From Hypanus sabinus (lineage: Eukaryota): a stretch of DNA of 64,000 bases. The DNA lies in assembly GCF_030144855.1 (NCBI RefSeq), contig NC_082712.1, positions 89,590,001 to 89,654,000 on the forward strand, written 5' to 3'. The first letter of the stretch is position 1; every line of letters starts with the position of its first letter. Position numbers and translations under genes: made by a program. The notes under the pieces were generated by a model that ran no database searches, had not been told where the DNA came from, and saw nothing but the letters and a program-made list of their open reading frames with translations. This document shows, piece by piece, positions 22,504 to 34,500 of this stretch.

Positions 22504-25399
22504 CTAACGTCAGGAGTTAGAGCACGTCTCCCGCCTCCCTGTCATGCCTCCCCACACCCCGATTCTCTTATCTCTGGAAAAAAATCCCCAATTCTCCTGT
22601 CTAACTTCATCTCTGGGATTCTAGCAAGGCGACAACACAGTGCAGGATACCACCTGTGGTCAAACATCTGCTGTTTTGACCCTCCTGTAGAGAGGGCACC
22701 TATCCCAATGAAGGAGTGCCAGCGTCTCTGTTAGAAGTTTAAGGAGGTTGGGATGTCATCGAAGACTGACAAATGTCTACAGATGTACAGTAGAAAGCAT
22801 TCTGATTGGTTACATCACAGCCTGGTACAGGAACTCCAATGCACAGGAAAACAGGAGGCTACAGAGAGTGGTGGGACTTGGCCCATTCCATCACAAGTAA
22901 AGCCTCCACCACCTATTGCGGACACCTACAAGAGGCGATGTCTTAGGAAGCTGACATCCATCATCAGGAACCCCATCATCCAGGCCATGCCATCTACTGA
23001 ATGCTACCACCAGGTAGGAGATACAGGAACCTGAGGACTCACACCTCATGGTTCAACAGCGGCTTCTCCCACATAATCATCAGGGTTTTGAACTCACCTG
23101 AAAAACCCGAACACAATCTCAGAATACTTTTCCCTCAACTTGCTCCAATGTTGTTAAGTTTATTTTGGCATGTTATGTACAATTTATTCAAGATTTAAGA
23201 TTGCTTATTGTCATTCTTCAGTACATAAGTGTAAATCAGAACACAATAGGGTGGGTAAGAAGGTTTATGGAATGTTTGCTTTTATTAGTCGAGGCATTGA
23301 GTTCAAAAGTCAAGCGGTTATATTGCAACTTTATATAACTCCAGTTCGACCACCTCTGGAGTACTGCGTACAGTTCTGGTCACCCTGCTATAGGAAGGAT
23401 AATGTTTTTGGAGAGGGTGCTGAAGAGGTGTACCAGGATGCTGCCTGGTTTAGAGGGCCTGTGCTGTCATGAGAGGCTGGATACACTTGGGCTGTTTTCT
23501 CTGGAGTGGTGGAGGCTGAAGGAGAGATCTGATATAGGTTTACGAGATTATTAGAAGAACAGATAGAGTGGACGGGGAGTATCTTTTTCCAAATGCATAA
23601 TACCAGACGGCATCCATTGAAGGCTCAAAGGGGATATGAGGGGTAAGTTTTTACTCAGAGACAGTGGATGTCTGGAATGCTCTGCCTGGTAATGGTGGCA
23701 GAGGCAAAGACATTAGGAGCTTTTATGAGGCATTTAGTTAGGCACATGAATATGAGGAAGATGGAGACATTTGGACATTGTGCAGGTAGGAGGAATTAGT
23801 TTTTGGGGCTTTTTGATTTACTTTTTTAGCTGGTTTGGCACAACATTGTGGGCTGAATGGCCTGTTCCTGTGCTGTACTGTTCTGTGTTCAATGAAGTGA
23901 TTGTTACTCTGGAAACAATGCAGCATAAAGAATACAATAAAAACACATAACTGTAAAAGCAATCCCATCAAACACAGTAGAACTAACTGAGTCAGGTCGT
24001 TTATGCAGTACATATCCCCTCAGACAGCCACAGCCTTGCCGGAGAGTTTGGAGATTTGTTGCCTGAATGTACCAGAGAGCCAAGCTGGCTTTGGCTCTTG
24101 GTAGGGTCACCCATGCCGAACAGGTCACAGGGTAGAGGCCAGACCACGAGTGGTCTACCGGTCCTCCAGGTTCGGAGGTTCAGCTCAGGGCAGGCTGAAC
24201 AAAACTGTTACAGACGGGAAAATCCACAGAAGCTGGAAATCCAGGGCAACACACACAAAATGCTGCAGGAGCTCAGCAGGTCAGGCAGCATCTTCAGTAA
24301 AGAGTAAACAGTTTCAGGCAGAGACCTTTCTTCAGGGCTGGGAGGAAAGAGGAGAAGTCAGAGTAAGGTGTGGGAGGAGAGGAAGAATTACAAGGTGGTA
24401 GGCGATTGGTGAAACTGAGAGAGGGGGAGGGCTGAACGAAAGAGCTGGGAAGTTGATTGGTGGAATTGATAAAGGTCTGGAGAAGATGGAATCTGCTAGA
24501 AGAGGACAGAAGACCATGGGAGAAAGGGAAGGGGAGGAGCACCAGAGGGAGGTGATGGGCAAGTAAGGAGATAAGGTGAGAGAGGGAAATGGGAATGAGG
24601 AATGGTGAAGGGGGGGGGGGGGTGAAGGTACATTTATCAGAAGTTTCAGAAATCGACATTATGCCATGAGGTTGGAGGCTACTGTCACATCAACAGCAAT
24701 GAACTATCCTCCTACATCTGTGTGCGGCCAAGGACAGACGGATTTTGACGACCTTCATTGCTGTCTTAAACGCCAGCGGCGTAACAGGCAGTAAGTCTAT
24801 ACATAAGGTTAGGTTATATCCATAGTCTGATCGTATGTATACGGGAATATCTGAACAAAAGGTGATTCTGACAGAAAATTATAGATGGACGTTCCTTTGT
24901 TTTCAATTTATGCTCATTATGCAATTTACGCGTGAGATGTAACGTACAGCTGTTTCAACGGAACTGATCTTCATGTATTTATACCCTGGGTGTGCATGTC
25001 CGTGGCAATAAACTGATGATTCGGGGTAATAACTGTTCCTGAACCTGTCAGTGTGGGCTTCTGTACCTTCTTGCCGATAGCGGCAGCGGGCAGAGAGCAT
25101 GGTCTGGATGCTGGGGGTCCTTGGTGTTGGCTGTTGAAGCGCACCTTGTAAATGTGCTCAGTGGCGGGGAGGGATTTGCCTGTGAGGGGCTGGGCTGTAT
25201 CTACCACTCTGCGTAGACTTTTACGCTCCTGGCCGTGATGGAACTCGGCGGGATTCTCTCCCAAGCCCGGGGTCCGCTGGGCCCCTGGCTTATTGGCATT
25301 GGCCCATGGCATAACAAATGGCCGGGAAGCCCACAACTGTGCTTCTGTGGAAGTTTGACAAAATTTTAGGTGACATGCCGAATATATGCAGACTTCTGA

Positions 25400-25712
25400 G
25401 AAAGTAGAGGGTTACCGGGATTAAATCCAGGATCGAAACTGGGAGGGGACAATGCCATCGATTAAATGCGCGCTCGGGGTTTGTCCCAGCGGTGAGGGCC
25501 GAGGTTCGCTTTGGACATGGGATTGGTGGGAAAGGGAAGGTGTCGGAGGTCGAAACGGAACCGGGCGGCGAGCCAGTTTCAGGACAGTGCCTGGGACTGA
25601 TCCGAGGTGCTTATGTCTTCGGACACGGGGAGGGGAAGGGGCGGTTCCGTCCTGATTCAGGCTACATAAGCAGCCCCACCACCCGGGATCCAGCCCCTCC
25701 ACTCCAGCCGTG
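25400..25712 (+). promoter_or_regulatory. CpG-rich putative MOGAT promoter
   Basis: Locally dense CpG; GC box GGGGCGG at 25638-25644; TATA-like TACATAAG at 25663-25670, about 45 nt before the ATG. Confidence 0.5.
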
Positions 25713-25806
25713 ATGAGGATCCAGTTTGCTCCTCTCCGTATCCCCCTGGAACGCAGGCTGCAGACTCTGGGGGTCTTCCAATGGATATTCTCGTTCCTGG
25801 GTCTGG
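25713..25806 (+). CDS. 2-acylglycerol O-acyltransferase (DGAT2/DAGAT family, MOGAT1/2-type, teleost mogat3a-like), exon 1 of 6
   Basis: MRIQFAPLRIPLERRLQTLGVFQWIFSFLGL (FAPL..P..RRLQT MOGAT start); 94 nt; phase-1 donor gtaagt. Confidence 0.93.
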
Positions 25807-25879
25807 GTAAGTCCTCCGGGGTTTCGTCAGTCCATCCCACCCCCGCACCCGTCTTTCTTTTGCCCTCTCCCCATAGTCT

Positions 25880-26024
25880 NNNNNNNNNNNNNNNNNNNNN
25901 NNNNNNNNNNNNNNNNNNNNNNNNNNNNNNNNNNNNNNNNNNNNNNNNNNNNNNNNNNNNNNNNNNNNNNNNNNNNNNNNNNNNNNNNNNNNNNNNNNNN
26001 NNNNNNNNNNNNNNNNNNNNNNNN
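25880..26024. other. Assembly gap
   Basis: Run of N in MOGAT intron 1. Confidence 1.
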
Positions 26025-26774
26025 ACTCTGACTCTCTCTCACACACACTCTCTGGCCAGCCTGCAGCGAGATACGCAGAAAGTAATATTATTTTCGGTGG
26101 TGATCTGGGTGAAGGAAATCTCCACAGTGCTCCAGGTTGCGCAACGCTCGTGTCGACATGGTGTCTAAAGTTCAGTGCGATGACTTGTGTAATGGATGGG
26201 GTCAGTGGACCTGCCTTCCGGAGGGGGTAGAGAGATCCTGCCATCAGTCAGTTCCCCTGCCCTTTCAGAGGACGAAGGAGGACTCGGGAGTATAGAACCG
26301 TATGAGGGATCACCATTGTATATCCTGATCCATTTCCGAATCTCTTGCCTTATGCCCCACAGCTTTCTGGACCTCTGTAAGGTGGAGACTGCATCCCTGA
26401 ACATTCAGGGTCAATGTTCAAGTTTATTGTCATAGGAGTAGGTACATACTGTACCTAGGGTATATATATATATATATATATATATATTTTTACTTTCCAT
26501 AATTTAAAAGGACGAGGAGTGTCTCAAGTCAATTCACTTTTATTGTCATTTCGACCATAACTGCTGGTACAGTACACAGTAAAAATGAGACAACGTTTTT
26601 TCAGGACCAAGGTGTTACATGACACAGTACAAAAACTAGACTGAACTACATAAAAAAACAACACAGAGAAATCTACACTAGACTACACACCTACCCAGGA
26701 TGGCATAAGGTACACAAAAACAGTGCAGGCATTACAATAAATAATAAACAGGACAATAGGGCAGTAAGTTGGTG

Positions 26775-27325
26775 TCAGGCCAGGCGCTGGGTACTGAGGA
26801 GTCTGATAGCTTGGGGGAAGAAACTGTTACATAGTCTAGTCGTGAGAGCCCGAATGCTTCGGTGCCTTTTCCCAGACGGCAGGAGGGTGAAGAGTTTGTG
26901 TGAGGGGTGCAAGGGGCCCTTCATAATACTGTTTGCTTTGTGGATGCAGCGTGTAGTGTAAATGTCTGTGATGGCAGGAAATGAGACCCCGATGATCTTC
27001 TCAGCTGACCACACTATCCGCTGCAGGGTCTTGCTATCCGAGATGGTGCAATTTTTGAACCAGGCAGTGATGCAGCTGCTCAGGATGCTCTCAATACAAC
27101 CCCTGTAGAATGTGATGAGGATGGGGGAGTGGGGGATGGACTTTCCTCAGCCTTCACAGAAAGTAGAGGTGCTGCTGGGCTTTCTTTGCTATGGAGCTGG
27201 TGTTGAGGGACCAGGTGAGATTCTCCATCAGGTGAACACCAAGACATTTGGTGCTCTTAATGATCTCTACCGAGGAGCCGTCGATGTTCAGCGGGGAGTA
27301 GTCGCTCCTTGCCCTCCTGAAGTCA
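26775..27325 (-). mobile_element. Rex1/Babar-type LINE 3' fragment; many relatives (about 3280-3500, 9470-9770, 11790-12310, 21010-21310, 22710-23100, 25020-25410, 29000-29390, 53040-53600, 54650-54860)
   Basis: [29 protein letters not shown]...AEKIIG...HPSHKLFTLLPSGKRHRSI...NSFFPQAIRLL. Confidence 0.8.
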
Positions 27326-29582
27326 TTGAAACCTATCGAACACTGAAAGACACACAGAATGTTGCGAGCAGTTTTGGGCTCCTTATATAAGAAAAGATGT
27401 GCTGACATTGGAAGGGGTTCAATGAGGTTCATTAAATTGATTTTGGGATTAAAAGGCTTGTCATATGAGGAGTGTTTGATGGCTCTGGGCCTGTACTCTC
27501 TGGAATTCAGATGAGGGGTGGCCTATTGAATGTTGAAAGGCCTCGATAGAGTGGATGTAGAGAGGATGTTTCCCATGGTGGGGGAGTCTAAGACAACACA
27601 CAGCCTCAGAATAGAGGGGTGTCCTTTTAGAACTGAATTGAGAAGGAATTTCTTGAACCAGAAGAAGCAGGAGATTGGGGTTCAGAGGGCAAATGGATCA
27701 GCCATAACGAAATGGCGGAGCAGACTCGATGGGCCAAGTGGCCTAATTTTGCTCCTATACCTTATGGTCTAAGAAAGGTTGGACATGGGGTGAATGGTTC
27801 CTAGAGTAGGGGAAGTCTAGAACCAGAAGGCATACCCCCACAGTATATGTACATCCCTTTAGAACAGAGATAAAGAGGAATTTCTTTAGCCAGAGAACAT
27901 GTGGAATTCTTTGTCACAGATGACTGTGGGGGGCAAGTCTTTGGATATACTTAAAGCAGTGGTTGATAGGTTCCTGATTATTCCGGGCATCAAAAGTTAC
28001 AGGGAGAAGGCAGGAGAATGGGGTTGAGAGGGATAATTCAGCCATGATGGAGTGGCAGAACGGACTTGATGGGCCAAATGGCTTAATGGTATTATAGTCT
28101 TAAAAATGCCATGAAAATTAACTTTTTGCAGCACAGTACATTACAGGACAAACATAAGCTGATGCAAAAAAATGTATAATATATACATATATATAAAAGA
28201 CCTGTGACAAAATAAACATAAATACATCATCATCATTATGTGCCATGTCGTATGACATGGGTGATCATGGCCTTTCCATGACCATGACTGTTCTTGGCAA
28301 ATTTTTCTACAGAAATACTTTACCATTGCCTTCTACTGGGCAGTGTCTTTACAAGACGGGTGACCCCAGTCATTATCAACACTCTTTAGAGATTGTCTGC
28401 CTGGTGTCAGTGGTCACATAACCAGGACTTGTGATCTGCACCGGCTGCTCGTACGACCATCCACCACCTGCTCCCATCATGTGATCCTGATCCTGGGGGG
28501 GGGGGTGGGGGGGGGCTAATCAGGTGCCTCACCTCACCCAAGGCTGACCTGCAGGCCAACAGAAGGAAGGAGAGCCTCACACCTCCTTTGGTAGAGACTC
28601 ATCTCTACTCTGCCACCCAAACAGAAACACAGATGCTGGAAATCCAGAGCAACACACAGAAAATGCTGAAGGAACTCAGCTGGTCATTCAGCATCTATGG
28701 AGGGGAATGACCTGCATAGCCGAGACCCTTCTGGGTAGGAGCACAGACTGTTAGGTGAGACCCGGTGAAGGGAAAGGCCAGCGGGTGGGGGAAGTGGTGG
28801 ATGAAGCGAGAAGCTGGGAGGTGTTAGGTGGAAGAGGTAAAGGCAGAAGAAGGAATCTGATAGGACAGGAGAGTGGAGCATGGGAGGAAGAGAAGGGTGG
28901 GCAGAGGTGTTCGATGAAAACAAACGTAATGTCACTAGAGCAAGATGAGGAGAGAAAAAGAAATGTAGATGGAGGTAATGATAGGGTTTTTAGGTGAGCT
29001 CAAGACCCTGAAGGCGGTGGGGAGAAGCCGTTGTTGAGTCTTGAGGTGTGGGCCTTCAGGCTTCTGTACCTCCTGCCTGGTGGCAGCACTGAGTAGAGGT
29101 TTGGCCTGGATGGAGAGATTCCCTGATCTTGGACACATCACCTTCCTGAGACATCGCTGCTTTGCTGATCTCCTCAATGGGGGGGGAAGCTGCACCCAGC
29201 GTGGAACTGTCTGAGTCCCACCACTCTCTGTAGTCTCTTATGGTCCTGTACAGAGGAGTTTCTGTACCAAACTTTGATGCAACCAGCCAGAACGGTTTTC
29301 ATTGTTCATATGTAGATGATTGTTCAGTTTTTGAAGACATGCCTCCTACATTTCTTTTTCTCTTCCCCAATCTTCTAAGAAAGTAGGTATGCTGGTGCCC
29401 TTTCTTTAGGATAGGTCAAGACAGCAGATACAGACAAGGCTGTCTGACCACATGCACTGTGTTGTGCCTTTACTAGGGTTGAGGTTAGCTGGGGGAATTG
29501 GGGATTGTTCTCATCGGAGATGGGAGAGTCAGGGGGAGGCACAAAAGGGAGGTGGAAGACTAGCTTTAACTTCTGCCTTTAG

Positions 29583-29761
29583 CCCAGTGCTGCCTCGTCG
29601 CCTTTGTTCTGCTCCTGTTCACCGACTACTGGCTCGCTGCCGTGCTCTACGCTGGCTGGCTCTACCTGGACCGAGAGACGCCATCTAGCGGCGGGCGGAG
29701 GTCAGCGTGGGTCCGAAACTGGGTCATCTGGAGATGCTTCAGCGAATACTTCCCCATTACG
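29583..29761 (+). CDS. MOGAT1/2-type acyltransferase exon 2 (179 nt)
   Basis: tttag acceptor, gtgagt donor; AQCCLVAFVLLLFTDYWLAAVLYAGWLYLDRETPSSGGRRSAWVRNWVIWRCFSEYFPIT with TP..GGRR and YFP motifs. Confidence 0.95.
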
Positions 29762-31121
29762 GTGAGTTATCGGCGGTGGAGGTGACCGATCGAAATCCTG
29801 GACACTGCCACCCACCCCTCTCCTTTCCCCAAATTTCAGCGGGTAAATGCATGCAGTGACTGTGAAAAGCATTGTTTTGTGTCAAATTGAATCAGCAAGG
29901 ATTGTGCTAGGGGTGGGGGGGGGGCGTAAGTGTTGCAACTCTTCTGATGCTGAGATAGTATGCCCACAACTCCATAGCCCTCACGGCGTATCTGTGGAAT
30001 ATGGGCAGAAATCAGAGCACCCGGAGGAAACCTTCACCATTACAGAGAGAACGTACAAACTCCTTGGAGACAGCCGCGGGGATCGAAGCCCGATGTTGCA
30101 GGTGGCTCTGCAAAGCGTTGTGCTAACCACAATATTATCACAATTTAGATCACCGGGGTACTGAAACAGGCGATAAATAATAGTTTAAAGAATTGGGAAA
30201 CTGAGGGCTATGGGAAGCTACCTCAGAGGAGGCACCAGGCAGACCGGGACATTCTTGAGGGACCAAATGATCTAATGTGACTCCTATCCTCTTATGGACC
30301 ACACCTTCTCACCACTGAAGTTTCTTGTTAAATCTTGTAACTGATTGACACTTTCAGCACCAGGGAATCGTATCAATCCCCTCCTCCATCATTGGTAGCG
30401 TATGGCATGTTGGGGGGTGCACAGCACGTTAGTGTATTGGTCACCATAATGCTTTACAGCACCAGTGACACAAGTTCAATTCCTGCTGCTGCCTGTAAGG
30501 AGTCTGTACGCTCTCTCCCTGACTTCGTGGTTTTCCTCTGGGTGCTCTGGTTTCCTCCCACAGTCAAAAGACAAACAGGTTAGTAGGTCTGTTGGTCACG
30601 TGGGTGTAATTGGGTGGTGGGCTCGTTAGGCAGTAACATCTGAGAGAGGTTGGAGAGATTGCCCCCCCTACTGATTGCCCCCCAAAGCTGGCTTGCAGTG
30701 TGGGACGGAACAAGGTAGTGGACAGTGGGAATAAACAGCTTTGCCTTCCCCTTCCAGTCTCTCTGCTTCCCTGGGATCCTACCCCATCCTTTTACTGCCC
30801 TGCCCACCACCCAGTGCTCCTAGGTCCTCTGCTCTGCACGCAGAGATATCCCCCGCCAAATCCAGACTGTCTGAGAGCGGCCGCGGGCACACCACAGGGG
30901 AACAGCACTTTGAAGCTGTCCTCGATGGTGTGGAGGATTGTGTTGGTGATGGAATTGGCCAGGTCTGCAGCCCTCTGCATCCGCTTTTGATGCTGTGTGT
31001 TGGAGACTCCAGACCAGACGTCGGAGAGGTGGGTGAAGAAAGAAGTAATGATGTTTGCCTTGGACAATGCGATCCCACTTTTCTTCTGCTTCCCACCTCC
31101 ACCCCACCTACCATGACGAAG

Positions 31122-31326
31122 CTGGTGAAGACGGCAGAACTGGACCCAAAATACAACTACCTGTTCGGCTTCCATCCCCACGGCATCCTGGTGGCCGGAG
31201 CGTTCGGGAACTTCTGCACCGAGGCAACCGGTTTTTCCCGGCTATTCCCGGGGCTCACCTCCTACCTGCTGATGCTGCCCTTCTGGTTCAGGGTGCCTTT
31301 CTACAGGGAGTACATCATGTGTGGAG
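31122..31326 (+). CDS. MOGAT1/2-type acyltransferase exon 3 (205 nt, catalytic HPHG)
   Basis: [68 protein letters not shown]; AAG acceptor, phase-1 gtgagc donor. Confidence 0.95.
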
Positions 31327-31349
31327 GTGAGCAGCCTGCCAGTGACCTC

Positions 31350-34300
31350 TTCCGCCTCTGTGCATCCGGATATCTGCCTCTGTGTCCGCCTGTGTGTGTC
31401 CGGATATCTGCCTCTGTGTCCGCCTGCGTGTGTCCGGATATCTGCCTCTGTGTGTCCAGATATCTGCCTCTGTGTCCGCCTGTGTGTGTCCGGATATCTG
31501 CCTCTGTGTCTGCCTGTGTGTGTCCGGATATCTGCCTCTGTGTCCGCCTGTGTGTGTCCGGATATCTGCCTCTGTGTGTCTGGATATCTGCCTCTGTGTC
31601 TCCCTCTGTGTGTCCGTATATCTGCCTCTGTGTCCGCCTGTGTGTGTCCGGATATCTGCCTCTGTGTCCGCCTGTGTGTGTCCGGATATCTGCCTCTGTG
31701 TGTCTGGATATCTGCCTCTGTGTCCGCCTGTGTGTGTCCGGATATCTGCCTCTGTGTCCGCCTGTGTGTGTCCGGATAGCTGCCTCTGTGTCTCCCTCTG
31801 TGTGTTTGGATATCTGCCTCTGTGTCTCCCTCTGTGTGTCCGGATATCTGTCTCTGTGTCTCCCTCTGTGTGTCCGGATATCTGCCTCTGTGTCTCCCTC
31901 TGTGTGTCCGTATATCTGCCTCTGTGTCTCCCTCTGTGTGTCCGGATATCTGTCTCTGTGTCTACCTCTGTGTGTCCGGATATCTGCCTCTGTGTCCGCC
32001 TGTGTGTGTCCGGATATCTGCCTCTGTGTGTCTGGATATCTGCCTCTGTGTCCGCCTGTGTGTGTCCGGATATCTGCCTCTGTGTGTCTGGATATCTGCC
32101 TCTGTGTCCGCCTGTGTGTGTCTGGATATCTGCCTCTGTGTCCGCCTGTGTGTGTCCGGATATCTGCCTCTGTGTCCGCCTGTGTGTGTCCGGATATCTG
32201 CCTCTGTGTCTCCCTCTGTGTGTTTGGATATCTGCCTCTGTGTCTCCCTCTGTGTGTCCGGATATCTGTCTCTGTGTCTCCCTCTGTGTGTCCGGATATC
32301 TGCCTCTGTGTCTCCCTCTGTGTGTCCGTATATCTGCCTCTGTGTCTCCCTCTGTGTGTCCGGATATCTGTATCTGTGTCTCCCTGTGTGTGTCCGGATA
32401 TCTGCCTCTGTGTCCGCCTGTGTGTGTCCGGATATCTGCCTCTGTGTCCGCCTGTGTGTGTCCGGATATCTGCCTCTGTGTGTTTGGATATCTGCCTCTG
32501 TGTCTCCCTCTGTGTGTCCGTATATCTGCCTCTGTGTCTCCCTCTGTGTGTCCGGATATCTGTCTCTGTGTCTCCCTCTGTGTGTCCGGATATCTGCCTC
32601 TGTGTCTCCCTCTGTGTGTCCGGATATCTGCCTCTGTGTCTACCTCTGTGTGTCCGGATATCTGTCTCTGTGTGTCCGGATATCTGCCTCTGTGTCCGCC
32701 TGTGTGTGTCCGGATATCTGCCTCTGTGTCCGCCTGTGTGTGTCCGGATATCTGCCTCTGTGTCCGCCTGTGTGTGTCCGGATATCTGCCTCTGTGTGTC
32801 CAGATATCTGCCTCTGTGTCCACCTGTGTGTGTCCGGATATCTGCCTCTGTGTCCGCCTGTGTGTGTCCGGATATCTGCCTCTGTGTGTCTGGATATCTG
32901 CCTCTGTGTGTCCGGATATCTGCCTCTGTGTCTCCCTGTGTGTGTCCGGATATCTGTCTCTGTGTCTCCGGATATCTGCCTCTGTGTCTCCCTGTGTGTG
33001 TCCGGATATCTGCCTCTGTGTCTCCCTGTGTGTGTCCGGATATCTGCCTCTGTGTCTCCCTCTGTGTGTCCGGATATCTGCCTCTGTGTCTCCCTGTGTG
33101 TGTCCGGATATCTGCCTCTGTGTCTACCTCTGTGTGTCCGGATATCTGCCTCTGTGTCTCCCTGTGTGTGTCCGGATATCTGCTTCTGTGTCTCCCTCTG
33201 TGTGTCCGGATATCTGCCTCTGTGTCTCCCTCTGTGTGTCCGGATATCTGTCTCTGTGTGTCCGGATATCTGCCTCTGTGTCCGCCTGTGTGTGTCTGGA
33301 TATCTGCCTCTGTGTGTCCGGATATCTGTCTCTGTGTCTCCCTCTGTGTGTCCGGATATCTGCCTCTGTGTCTCCCTGTGTGTGTCCGGATATCTGCCTC
33401 TGTGTCTCCCTCTGTGTGTCCGGATATCTGCCTCTGTGTCTACCTCTGTGTGTCCGGATATCTGTCTCTGTGCGTCCGAATATCTGCCTCTGTGTCCGCC
33501 TGTGTGTGTCTGGATATCTGCCTCTGTGTCTCCCTGTGTGTGTCCGGATATCTGTCTCTGTGTCTCCCTCTGTGTGTCCGGATATCTGCCTCTGTGTCTC
33601 CCTGTGTGTGTCCGGATATCTGCCTCTGTGTCTCCCTCTGTGTGTCCGGATATCTGTCTCTGTGTCTCCCTGTGTGTGTCCGGATATCTGCCTCTGTGTC
33701 TCCCTCTGTGTGTCCGGATATCTGCCTCTGTGTCTCCCTGTGTGTGTCCGGATATCTGCCTCTGTGTCCGCCTGTGTGTGTCTGGATATCTGCCTCTGTG
33801 TCTCCCTGTGTGTGTCCGGATATCTGCCTCTGTGTCTACCTCTGTGTGTCCGGATATCTGCCTCTGTGTCTCCCTGTGTGTGTCCGGATATCTGTCTCTG
33901 TGTCCGCCTGTGTGTGTCTGGATATCTGCCTCTGTGTCTCCCTGTGTGTGTCCGGATATCTGCCTCTGTGTCTCCCTCTGTGTGTCTGGATATCTGCCTC
34001 TGTGTCTCCCTGTGTGTGTCTGGATATCTGCCTCTGTGTCTCCCTGTGTGCGTCCGGATATCTGTCTCTGTGTCTCCCTGTGTGCGTCCGGATATCTGTC
34101 TCTGTGTCTCCCTCTGTGTGTCCGGATATCTGCCTCTGTGTCTCCCTCTGTGTGTCCGGATATCTGCCTCTGTGTCTCCCTCTGTGTGTCCGGATATCTG
34201 CCTCTGTGTCCGCCTGTGTGTGTCTGGATATCTGCCTCTGTGTCTCCCTGTGTGCGTCCGGATATCTACCTCTGTGTGTCCGGATATCTGTCTCTGTGTC

Positions 34301-34500
34301 TCCCTGTGTGTGTCCGGATATCTGCCTCTGTGTGTCCGGATATCTGCCTCTGAGTCCAGATATCTGCCTCTGTGTCCACCTGTGTGTGTCCGGATATCTG
34401 CCTCTGTGTGTCCGGATATCTGCCTCTGTGTCCGGATATCTGCCTCTGTGTCCACCTGTGTGTGTCCGGATATCTGCCTCTGAGTCTCCCTCTGTGTGTC
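31350..34500 (+). repeat. Minisatellite, 34-nt unit with 22-nt variant (CCGGATATCTGCCTCTGTGT[CCGCCTGT/CTCCCTCT]GTGTGT), roughly 100 units
   Basis: Directly visible tandem array in MOGAT intron 3; source of the 843-1265 aa ORFs. Confidence 0.97.
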
